From contig NC_057749.1 of assembly GCF_004010195.1 (NCBI RefSeq), positions 10,875,646-10,897,874 of the forward strand: a DNA stretch of 22,229 nucleotides. Reading direction: 5' to 3'. This DNA comes from Chiloscyllium plagiosum. Lineage: Eukaryota. The notes beneath the pieces are model-generated. The model saw only the letters and a list, made by a program, of their open reading frames with translations. It was not told where the DNA came from and did not search any database. Made by a program: the position numbers and the translations under genes. Below are positions 8,640 to 17,645 of this stretch, in pieces; the first letter of the stretch is position 1; each line of letters starts with the position of its first letter.

Positions 8640-9640
8640 GTTAATAAATCTGGAACTGACAGCTAATCTCAGTGATGGTGACTATCCTAGCTACCATCAA
8701 TTGTAAAAACCCATCTGGTTCATGAATGCCCTCTGGTGTCCTTACCTGATCGAGCCAACATGTTTGCCTGTGTAATGAACTTCCTGAGGAAGTGATGGAT
8801 GTGGGTACAATTACAATGATTAAAAGACATTTAGATATGTACATGGATAGGAAAGGTTTGGAGGAATATGGGCCAGGCATGGTTTAGTTTGGGATTATCT
8901 TCGAGGAGAAAGTGAGGACTGCAGATGCTGGAGATCAGAGCTGAAAATATGTTGCTGGAAAAGCACAGCAGGTCAGGCAGCATCCAAGGAACAGGAGAAT
9001 CGATGTTTCGGGCATGAACCCTTCTTCTAGGAATGAGGAAAGTGTGTCCAGCAGGCTAAGATAAAAGGTGGGGGGAGGGGCATTGGAAATGCGATAGGTG
9101 GAAGGAGGTTAAGGTGAGGGTGATAGGCCGGAGTGGGGGTGGGGGCGGAGAGGTCAGGAAGAAAATTGCAGGTTAGGAAGGTGGTGCTGAGTTCGAGATT
9201 TGGGTTGCAAAGGACCTCTACTGTTCGGTTGGGTTGGTTGGTGCGGGTGTCCCAGAGGCGTTCTCTGAAACGTTCCGCAAGTAGGCGGCCTGTCCCCCCA
9301 ATGTAGAGGAGGCCACATCGGGTGCAGCGGATGCAGTAAATGATGTGTGTGGAGGTGCAGGTGAATTTGTGGCCGATATGGAAGGATCCCTTGGGGCCAA
9401 GTAAGGGAAGTAAGGGGGAAGGTGTGGGTGCAAGTTTTGCATTTCTTGCGGTTGCAGGGTAAGGTGCCCGGAGTGGAGGTGGGGTTGGTGGGGGTGTGTG
9501 GACTAAAGGGTCTGTTTCCATGCTGCATGACTCTGACGCATTTGCCAGTTGGTTGGCGCTGCCCTCTGAAATGGCCATTCAATTCAAGGAAATTTAGGGA
9601 TGGAGCACAAATCTTGAGTTTGTCAGCAACACCCACAGAG
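8640..9640 (+). mobile_element. SINE-B remnant hosting a CR1 3' fragment (8770-8902 plus 9499-9537), which itself hosts the PLE
   Basis: GTAAAAACCCATCTGGTTCA at about 8703; the SINE resumes CTGCCCTCTGAAATGGCC...TTAGGGATGG at about 9558; CR1 tail AATGAACTTCCTGAGGAAGTG...AAAAGACATTTAGAT continues as GGACTAAAGGGTCTGTTTCCATGCTG after the PLE. Confidence 0.7.
8903..9498 (-). mobile_element. 5'-truncated Penelope-like retroelement (probably Neptune type): Cys-rich linker, GIY-YIG endonuclease remnant and 3' pLTR with degenerate hammerhead
   Basis: Minus frames: PGTLPCNRKKCKTCTHT, then after a frameshift FTCTSTHIIYCIRCTRCGLLYIGGTGRLLAERFRE (IIY...YIG motif); the 3' end is the same family as the mini cassettes; hammerhead reads CUAGAAGA-A-GGGUUCAUGCCC-GAAAC-AUC. 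Confidence 0.9.
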
Positions 9641-9752
9641 GATAAAGAAAGAAAAATTATTTTGCATCTGTGCGTGTGTGGTTTATTGCATAGCTAGGAA
9701 CCAATCACAGCTAATGAAGGCTGCAAAAAAAAGTTTTTTTTTCTTTCTGCAG

Positions 9753-9890
9753 GCTATCACTGCTACTCCAACTTCCTGGAGGTGGAGGCCAGTCAGTCTC
9801 ATCGAGTGATGAGAGCTTTCTGCTTCCTCCTACTCCAGTGCCAAGGTTCCGGGAGAGGTTGCATTGAGAAAAGGAGATCAGTGGAAGAAG
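9753..9890 (+). CDS. STRA6: STRA6 penultimate coding exon, 138 nt: (G)[45 protein letters not shown](G)
   Basis: Acceptor TTTTTTTTTCTTTCTGCAG (AG 9751-9752), donor GTCAGT at 9891; matches STRA6 GY..Y.NFL..E.SQSH..M.AFC..LLQ; phase 1/1. Confidence 0.95.
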
Positions 9891-10225
9891 GTCAGTGATT
9901 GCACACAGTGCAAAGGGAGACCTTCAAAAATTAACTGTTTCGGAAACCAAAGTTTAGAATTTGGTGGAGAAATCTGATGTGTTCCAGTGTTTTTTTTTCC
10001 TGTGCTTATTTAATGTAAAGCTTATATGCCTATGCACAGGGTCAGGTACAGCCATATACAAAATAGTTACCTCCACTCTTTTTTTTTAAAATAAACTGTA
10101 CCATTCCATATGATAGGCATGGTGAATGGAGTACAGTTTGGAGTTACACAATAGTTAATGGGTGTTTGAATACCGAAAGCCAATGTAAGAATTACTACAC
10201 TCTGCCTCTTGTAAGGCTCCCAGTA

Positions 10226-10388
10226 CAGAGGAATCTTGATTATCCGAAGGACATGGGCGGGGAGTATTTCACTTGGTTAATCGAATTCCGGATAATCAAA
10301 TGTCGGATAACATAGTTTAGGACCTTGTGATCTTGCCGGATAATCCGATATTCAGATCATTGAATGCTGGATAATTAAGGTTCCTCTG
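10226..10388. mobile_element. Non-autonomous DNA transposon (MITE), Tc1/mariner superfamily, pogo/Tigger-like
   Basis: TA target duplication (10224-10225 / 10389-10390); 20-bp TIRs CAGAGGAATCTTGATTATCC vs CAGAGGAACCTTAATTATCC (18/20); internal GGATAA repeats. Confidence 0.85.
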
Positions 10389-10391
10389 TAT

Positions 10392-10540
10392 ATAGAACAT
10401 TACAGTGCAGTACAGGCCCTTCAGCCCTCGATGTTGCACCGACCTGTGGAACCAACCTGAAGCCTATCTATCCTATAATATTCCATTTTCGTCCATGTTT
10501 ATCCAGTGACCATTTAAATGTCCTTAAAGTTGGCGAGTCT
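10392..10540 (-). mobile_element. CR1 3' tail fragment
   Basis: ATAGAACATTACAGTGCAGTACAGGCCCTTCAGCCC... resembles the CR1 3' terminus at 2254-2400. Confidence 0.7.
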
Positions 10541-10876
10541 TATTTTAAAACATTCCAGTGATCGGTTCATATTATAATAAAATGTAACAAACATATGATT
10601 GAATGCTCACCTGTATCTTAAGTCTTGCACCTACACGCAGTCCACTAAATTTCTGTGTTCTAATTATAATGTAAACTTGTCACGCTGTAATTGTATCCTC
10701 CCGCCACTGGTGATGCTGTAGTGCCACCATTTTGCTTCTCCTCCTCCATCTGAACTACAGAGAAATTCCCAGGCTTTACTCAATTCTTCCTGAAGTGTTG
10801 CGCATTTTGCTACTTGTTGCCTGTGAGAGTTTCTAGGCTCTATGAGCCATTCTGATGCGTGTGTTTTGAATCCCAG

Positions 10877-11115
10877 GGATTCAGTTGGTGCCTGATCAGA
10901 AGCATACAAAATTGACAAAGTCGAAACGAGTTCTGGCAAGATGGTGCCTGATCTACACACTTCTGAACAATCCTTCATTGGTTCGCTGCAGGAGGCCCGT
11001 GGTTTGCTCGCTCAATGATGTCGTTACCAATGGGGAAATGAAGAGTTCCTCCAAACCCAGCACAGAGGATCTTGTTAAATCTGAACTTTGTGAAAAAACA
11101 CAAGGTCCTGTATAA
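10877..11115 (+). CDS. STRA6: STRA6 terminal coding exon: (G)IQLVPDQKHTKLTKSKRVLARWCLIYTLLNNPSLVRCRRPVVCSLNDVVTNGEMKSSSKPSTEDLVKSELCEKTQGPV*
   Basis: Acceptor CCCAG (AG 10875-10876), phase 1; ARWCLIYTLLNNPSL corresponds to human ARWGLAYTLLHNPTL (calmodulin-binding / YTLL region); stop TAA at 11113-11115. Confidence 0.95.
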
Positions 11116-11174
11116 ATCAGAATGTTGATGCAACTAATCACAAGTAGGTGGTCAGTCATGTTTCTACACAGCTA

Positions 11175-11180
11175 AATAAA
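11175..11180 (+). promoter_or_regulatory. Candidate STRA6 polyadenylation signal
   Basis: First AATAAA after the stop codon (60 nt downstream); actual usage unknown. Confidence 0.35.
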
Positions 11181-11704
11181 AATGTGCATAGTTGCACACA
11201 TCATGCCTACACACATCACATCCTGTTGCAATAATTGGTCAAATTTACCCCTGGATTTTGCTATGTCAACAATCACAACATAATTACAGACTCTGGCCAC
11301 TAGGTAGCTCTGTAGAGCAAGATCGATACACACTGAACTCTACATAGCCTTCTATTTAAAGAACCATTTTTAATTCATCAGCTAACTTACATCAACACTA
11401 GGGTTATTTTTGGTGGTGATATATGATTAGAATTGTTTATTTGTCTTTTTGTAGCTATTGGATTTTGTTACTAATTGTGACCTGGGCTGGTTTGAATTTT
11501 TACGAACAGCCATTATGAGAATGAGTTGCAATGAAAGACTTACACTATGTACCTGTATTGGTTGACAGCTTTCCGTCCAATAAGATACATCTCATGACGC
11601 CATGTGATATAAATCCTGACATGTCGTAAATATTTTTTAAATGAAAACTTTGGTGCTACAGATAAAAGATAGTCAGTTGGTACTATAGAACATGACTATT
11701 TCTA

Positions 11705-12070
11705 AGAAAATATACATTTTGTCAAGGTTTTTCACTTGACAGTTATGAGGATAATTTACAAGAATACTAATTCTCGATGGAGGCAAACCATCATTCCTAC
11801 TGCTTGAGAGAAGAGAGCTGATTGGTTGGTAAACAAATGAGCTTTGATTTTGTCAAGGTGTTGCCATGGAGAATGCACCAGTGATGCTGATTGGTAGTTG
11901 ACTGCCAGGCTTTGTTTAAATTTTAAACTAGGTGTGTTTGGTCAGGGCCTTACTGTCTGTTTGGTCAGGGCCAAACTGGGGATGTTTGGTCAGGGCCTTA
12001 CTCTGAGAAATGAACTGACACACTGCTATCATTTTTTAGAGTTAAGGTTTTGACAAAATGTATCTTTTCT
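11705..12070. repeat. ~365-bp segment bounded by 21-bp inverted repeats (old element)
   Basis: AGAAAATATACATTTTGTCAA (11705-11725) vs reverse complement of 12050-12070, AGAAAAGATACATTTTGTCAA (20/21). Confidence 0.6.
11935..11997 (+). repeat. Three exact copies of 15-mer TGTTTGGTCAGGGCC with 8- and 10-nt spacers
   Basis: Copies at 11935-11949, 11958-11972 and 11983-11997. Confidence 0.9.
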
Positions 12071-13099
12071 TTCAGCAACACATCATTGTAAAAATCTAGG
12101 AGAGAAGAAAATGTTAAAATAATATGCTAAATTTTAAAATAATTTTTAAATGTTTTACCTTTCCTTTAAATTTTATATCCTGTGCTCATTAGCTTAAAAA
12201 CTGTTAAAATAACATTTGTTTTTAAATGCCAATCTTTGGTACTGTATTTACATGACATTTTCCTAAAGTTTGTTCATTTTTTTTATTCCAATCTCTCTCC
12301 TGTATGATTTTTGTCATTCACCTCATTATTAGGTTTGAAAGTATTGTTGCTTGTGCTCATTGTTACTGCAGTGAAAGTAGAGCTCATCCACAGAGTATTT
12401 TGCTGGGAATATTTGACTTTTGTGCTGAGGGAATTGGAAGTGAAGTTGGGAGATCTTGTTGCTCATCACAATGAGGATGTAGGTCTACGGCTGTTGCCAA
12501 ACATACACCAAAAGCCACCTCAAAGTACATTAGGGGATGATCGTAGCTCCTTGCTGGATTGAGACTGATATGTCATGGTGCCATTTGCCATGGAGATTTG
12601 GTAGATAGTTAACATTTACCTGAGAGGTTGCGATGACTCTCTGTGAATGATTTTCAACCTCCATTGTTTCAGTTCAGGACGTTTGGAGGTCTGAGCTTTG
12701 TAGATGTAGATGATACGTTTGGATCCTTTTGTAAGCTTTTCAAACCCTGCACACGCAAGTGAAAATTTGGCTGGCCAACCAACCAACTTACTTATCAATG
12801 AGTTGCAAAGACTTATAGCAATTTTGAGAAAAGAGACATGCTGTAGATGATTTTCACCTTGTACTCACTAGAACAGGACACATACTGAAGAGCATGGGAG
12901 GGCATTCCAGGAGCAACAGCAGGCATACCCATAACTGAGCTGTTAATCTGGTGAAGGTACAACACAGGACTAGCGGGAGTTAAGTGGTTCCACAAACAAT
13001 GGATTGGATCTGAGCTTTTCAGTCCTACCACATCCAGCAATGAATGGTTATGAAAAATTAAACAACTCACTAGAGGAGAGGGCCTCCAACCTCAATAAT

Positions 13100-13452
13100 G
13101 GGGAGTTGATGGTCCTGTGGTCTTATATCTGGACTGTTAATCCAGAGACCCTGGTAATGTTCAGGGGACCCAGACTCGAATCCTACCATGACAGATGGTG
13201 GAATTTTAATTTGAGTATCTAGAATTAGGAGTCTAGTGATAACTATGAAACAATTATCGATTGTCAGTAAAATCTATCTGGCTTATTAATGTCCTTTAGG
13301 GAAGGAAACTGCTATCCTTCCCTGGTCTGGCCTAGATGTGACTCCCGACTGTCAGCAATGTGGTTGATACTTGTTTGTCCTTGGGCAATTAGGTGTAGAT
13401 AGTAAATGTTTACCTGGCCAGCCATGCCCACATCCCATGAAATAATAAAAAA
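13100..13452 (+). mobile_element. SINE-B, full-length uninterrupted copy
   Basis: GGGGAG head, B-box-like GACTCGAATCC, body AATGTCCTTTAGGGAAGGAAA...CCTGGTCTGGCCTAGATGTGACTCC, tail GGCCAGCCATGCCCACATCCCATGAAATAATAAAAAA. Confidence 0.82.
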
Positions 13453-13489
13453 TCAGTTCATAAGTTTAAGGTTGATGTATTTGTTAGTA

Positions 13490-14075
13490 TCTTCAGCCAG
13501 CAATGCTGTGTTAATGATCTTCCTTGGCCTCTTCTTAGTCCCCGGTGTCATGGATGCCAGTCTTCAGCCAATTGGATTCATGCCATGAGATATCCAGGAA
13601 TAGCTGAAGGCAGTGGATATTGCATACGCATACAGATGACATTCCAGCAACAGTTCTAAAGAGTTGTACTCCCAACCTTGCCATACCCGCAGCCAAGACG
13701 TTCTTGCATAGCTATAACACTGGCATCTACCTGATAATGTGGAACATTGCCCTGGTATTTCCTATACACGGTCGAGAGTGTGGTGTTTGAAAAGCACAGC
13801 AGTTCAGGCAGTATCCGAGGAGCGGGAGAATCGACGTTTTGGTGTAGGCCCTTCATCAAGAGCTTATGCCCAAAACATTGATTTCGCTACTCCTCGGATG
13901 CTGCCTGACCTGCTGTGCTTTTCCAGCGCCACACTCTCTGACCTCCAGCATCTACAGTCCTCATTTGCTCCTAATTGATTTCCTGAACATAGCAGACCAA
14001 ATCAAATCCAGCCAATTACTGCCTTCTCAATCTACTATTGATCATCAGCAAAGTGATGGAAACACTATCACTGAT
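13490..14075 (+). mobile_element. Old CR1/L2-group LINE ORF2 fragment (pre-RT region), interrupted by a PLE cassette
   Basis: Pieces translate to DASLQPIGF, SYNTGIYLIMWNIALVFPIH and NPANYCLLNLLLIISKVME, matching the W..A.V.P..K / P.NYRPISLL...SK..E motifs. Confidence 0.75.
13771..13973 (+). mobile_element. Palindromic mini Penelope-like cassette, diverged
   Basis: Inverted arms at about 13774-13853 / 13858-13938, tail on the right; both hammerhead remnants carry AAAAC instead of GAAAC. Confidence 0.85.
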
Positions 14076-14542
14076 TATAGAGGGGAGGGATGCCTTTGAA
14101 GATGTATAAAATTGTTTCCTTTTTCTAGCATAACTGTCCATACACCTGCAGCTAAAAACAGTTCTTGCTGAATTAACATTGGACTGTGACGTGTTTTAAG
14201 TACACTTGCCCATTTTGTTCACAGTGAGCAAAATGACCAAAGGTGCCTTTAATACATATACCTACACTGACTTAGAATCACTTTACCTTGAGATATGGAT
14301 CCTCTTCTTTAACATGATATAGATGTATTTTACTGTACCACCTTTTTATGCTCTTTCTGGTTTATACAATAAAATACAATTATTACAATGAAGCTGAAAC
14401 TGATTTCAGACATTTCTATGCACTTAAGGGCTTATTTGTTTCCATATCTGACAATGAATCACTCATTTTTCAGGATTTAAAATTACACTGCGTCTGGGTG
14501 TGGTTGAGTATCTGTGTAATTCTTCACACTGAGATAGGATTT

Positions 14543-14880
14543 CAACTTGCATTTATACAGTGCCTTCTTAAATTAGTAAAATGCCCCAAGGCGTTTCACA
14601 GGAGTATCACCAAATGAAAATAAACCGATAACGAGCCAAAGGCAACACCAGGATGCACCCTCGTAGAAACAGGCTCAAAGGAAGGAAGGGAGGGTGAGAA
14701 TTTTCAGCTGGAAGTTTCAGAGCTTGGGACCCAAACAGCTGAAGGCACCAAGAGTGGATGAGGACATAAGGGAAGCAGGATAAGAACTGAATTGTGAGAA
14801 GCAGAAATACCTCCACGAGCTGCAGGATGTAGATGATAATTATCGAAATACCCTTGAGATAAATGATTGTGCCTGGAATG
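14543..14880 (-). mobile_element. L2-type LINE 3' fragment
   Basis: AACTTGCATTTATACAGTGCCTT...CCCAAGGCGTTTCACAGGAG is the reverse complement of the L2/DeuSINE-type tail. Confidence 0.6.
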
Positions 14881-14948
14881 AGAAAAGGCAGCCAGCCAGC
14901 CCATGTAAGTGCCTGCCCATTAATTAGGATTTGAGACGTGATCATAAA

Positions 14949-14962
14949 GTGTGTGTGTGTGT
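14949..14962. repeat. (GT)7 microsatellite
   Basis: Direct reading. Confidence 0.9.
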
Positions 14963-15936
14963 ATAATCTGTCAGAGGAGGTGGCATTAGTGAAGGTACCT
15001 GTTGTAGATCATGGTACTTGTCCATCATTTCAAGGCAATATGAGTGGAACTGCACATGAGCTTGACAGAACTAGCAACTGGCATTTTACAGCTACTGTTT
15101 GAAGCTATTGATTTTGGGTTTCATCTGGAGTGTTCTTTTAGGGCCCAATCCCAATTAACTACACAAAACAGTACGGGATCACTGGTACTGATGAGACCTC
15201 CGTTGAGTTAGTTTTAAACCTACAGTGTTAAGTATCTCATTAACCTACATGGAGGAAGATGTGTTCTGATGATAACAATGAAGAACTTGCCATTTGTATT
15301 CTCTATATCTCTGTACCCCTCCCCCTCCTCCTCTCATGAGGGGCAGCCCCAGCTCCCAAAGGCCCTCCTTGAATAATTTAATTCTGATTGATCTGACCTG
15401 CTTCATTTGAAACCTTCTGGATTTATTTTTAAATCCATTTATATGGAAATGACAGGTTGCTCTTGCTACATGAACCGAGTGACTTAAGGCGACATTTCCT
15501 CAAATTGGTACCAGAAGGCTAAAAACTCAAATTTCCAAAAGAGTCTAGAGAAAACATTAGAATGTACTCAGCTGTGAATTGCGTTATAAGGCTGTAGTTG
15601 GTAGTGTCACATGTGCTAGACCTGTAACACACTGCATCATTAAAGGCAGAAGAATCTGACACTGTACAGACATGTAGCACAGTCACTCTGTTTTGGAGCG
15701 ATTAGTCCACTGTACAAACATGTTATCAGATTATGTTTTTAAATGTGGAGAATCACCATCAGGAATTTTCATTTACATTCATGTTGTCCTGGGTACAGAA
15801 TATACAAGTCGCAGCAAGAAATGAAGTACAAATGAAGGTCACTGAGCTCCTGGTATTCAGCAAGATTAAAAATCTTGGAAGTTAACAACACAAAGTTCTC
15901 AGATTCAGCTCTTGTGACTATCATTGAAAATTAATA

Positions 15937-16480
15937 GGGGCAGACAGTGATGTAATGATATTTTCACTGGTCCAGTGTCCAGAGGCTAGTGCTATAGTCA
16001 GGTGTCACATAACGCCAGGTTACAGTCGAACAGGTGTATTTGTAATCGCAAGCTTTTGGAGCACTGCTCCTTTGTCAGATGAAGTCAAATAAACCTATTG
16101 GACTATACCTGGGTGTTACCTGACTTCCAATTTTGTTCATGCCAGTCCAACACTAGCATCTCTACATCTAGGGACATGGGTTCAAATGCCACCACTGCAC
16201 AGTTTGAATTCAATCAATAAATCTGAAATTGGAAGCTAGATTAATTGATGGTGGCCATGACAACTATGATGTTTAACTCCCACCTGCTTTACTATTGTCC
16301 TGTAGGGAAGGAAATGCTGACCTGGTCTGGCCTATATGCAACTCCAGAGCCATTGTAAAGTGGTGGACTCTTGACCACTTTCTGACATGGCCCAGCGAGC
16401 CACTCAATTCACAAGCAATGAAAGAATAAAAATTGACCTCAGCAGTGACACTCATATCCCATGGAAGAATAAAGGAAGAA
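15937..16480 (+). mobile_element. SINE-B copy interrupted by a PLE cassette
   Basis: GGGACATGGGTTCAAATGCC, TAGGGAAGGAAATGCTGACCTGGTCTGGCCTATATGCAACTCCAGAGCC, tail CATATCCCATGGAAGAATAAA. Confidence 0.72.
15997..16168 (+). mobile_element. Palindromic mini Penelope-like cassette, further family, degenerate hammerhead
   Basis: Imperfect inverted arms at about 16004-16042 / 16086-16124; minus strand CUGACAA-A-GGAGC-AGU-GCUCC-AAAAGCUU keeps a perfect 5-bp stem II. Confidence 0.7.
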
Positions 16481-16594
16481 ATGCATAAATGATCAAATGG
16501 GAAGGTCCACTATGACTCCTTCCCAATTTCACAAACTTCCATGACACCCTAATGCTATCTGATCTGTTTCCAGATTTTTCTTGTTTTTCAGAAA

Positions 16595-17010
16595 TGTGAC
16601 TTCTGTGGTTGCTCTCTTGCCTGTGATTCAGCAGATTGGCTTCTCCCTCCTGCCCAAAGTCAAGACTGACATTTTTCCACGTGGAACTGAGGGAGTGCAA
16701 CACTGGCGTTGTTCAGTCACAATCAGGCTCTGTCCACCTTCTCAACTACACAGCTCAGATGCTGAAACACACTTCCAACTCAAGGTGGCGCTCCCCTGGG
16801 GTCCTGACAGCATTTACCTCTCAACCAATATGTTAAAGACGATTCAGATCATCACTGCACTGCTGTTTGGGAGGTGAATACGTTGTGCATACTGGCTGGT
16901 GTTTCCCCCATCATTGTAAAGTGGCGCTAACTTAAAAGTGCATTAGATCGAAAGTACTTTGCAATATCTTGAGGTCATGGAAGATGCTATACAAGGGCAA
17001 AGTTTCCTTA
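16595..17010 (+). mobile_element. Degenerate DeuSINE-like element (SacSINE1/AmnSINE type)
   Basis: ACTGAGGGAGTGC, GTCCTGACAGCATTTACCTCTCAACCAA, CTGCTGTTTGGGAG and tail TGAGGTCATGGAAGATGCTATACAA follow Deu-domain order. Confidence 0.6.
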
Positions 17011-17546
17011 ATTTACAGCAGCTGAAGAACATTTGGTCTTCCTGTGGGAATTGCCGTCAGAAAGTAGATTGGCAGTCAAATATCAAAGTTAGCATCAAAG
17101 GGTATTTTGTCAATATTAATAGAATTTATAATCTGTTAGCTCTATGGTGATGGCTTGTCTGGAACTTAACTCTGAGTTTGACACAACCTCAGGATCTGAG
17201 CATGTCATCTAGGCTGACCACTTAATGCTTATATTCTCATTGAAATTTTCGAAGATCCTGAAGAGATAAATAGGGTAGGCACTGAGAGATTGGCTGCTGC
17301 ACAAATTCAGGATAAGGAGCTGATCACTTAGGGCTGAGATAGGGAGAAAAGTCTTCACTCAAAGGGTTATTAATCTTGTAATTTATTCCATTGACACGCC
17401 CTCCCTTCGTTGCTGAACACATTTTAGACTGGGATAGACTGCTGTTTTGGTTTTAAGAGACATGGAGAGTGAGAGGGGACTGTGGACGTAAAGATTAGTG
17501 GTGTTGGAAAAGCACAGCAGGTCAGGCAGCATCCGAGGAGCAGGAA

Positions 17547-17582
17547 AATTGACGTTTCGGGCAAAAACCCTTCATCAGGAAT
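17547..17582 (-). ncRNA. Minimal hammerhead ribozyme motif (core intact)
   Basis: Minus strand: CUGAUGA(17578-17572)-A-GGGU-UUUU-GCCC-GAAAC-GUC(17551). Confidence 0.7.
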
Positions 17583-17609
17583 GGAGGCTGCGAGCCTCCC
17601 CGAAGCCTC

Positions 17610-17645
17610 ATTCCTGATGAGGGGCTTTTGCCTGAAACGTCGATT
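17610..17645 (+). ncRNA. Minimal hammerhead ribozyme motif (core intact, G-U closing stem II)
   Basis: CUGAUGA(17614-17620)-G-GGGC-UUUU-GCCU-GAAAC-GUC; predicted cleavage after C17641. Confidence 0.7.

Noticed and set aside
11935..11997. CRISPR-like repeat-spacer appearance
   Set aside because: Repeats of 15 nt and spacers of 8-10 nt are far too short, there are only three units, the context is vertebrate and no cas genes are present.
12310..13070. Possible ancient LINE endonuclease remnant on - (QNTLWM and LVYV-like pieces)
   Set aside because: Only scattered short similarities across different frames; needs TBLASTN or an HMM search to support.
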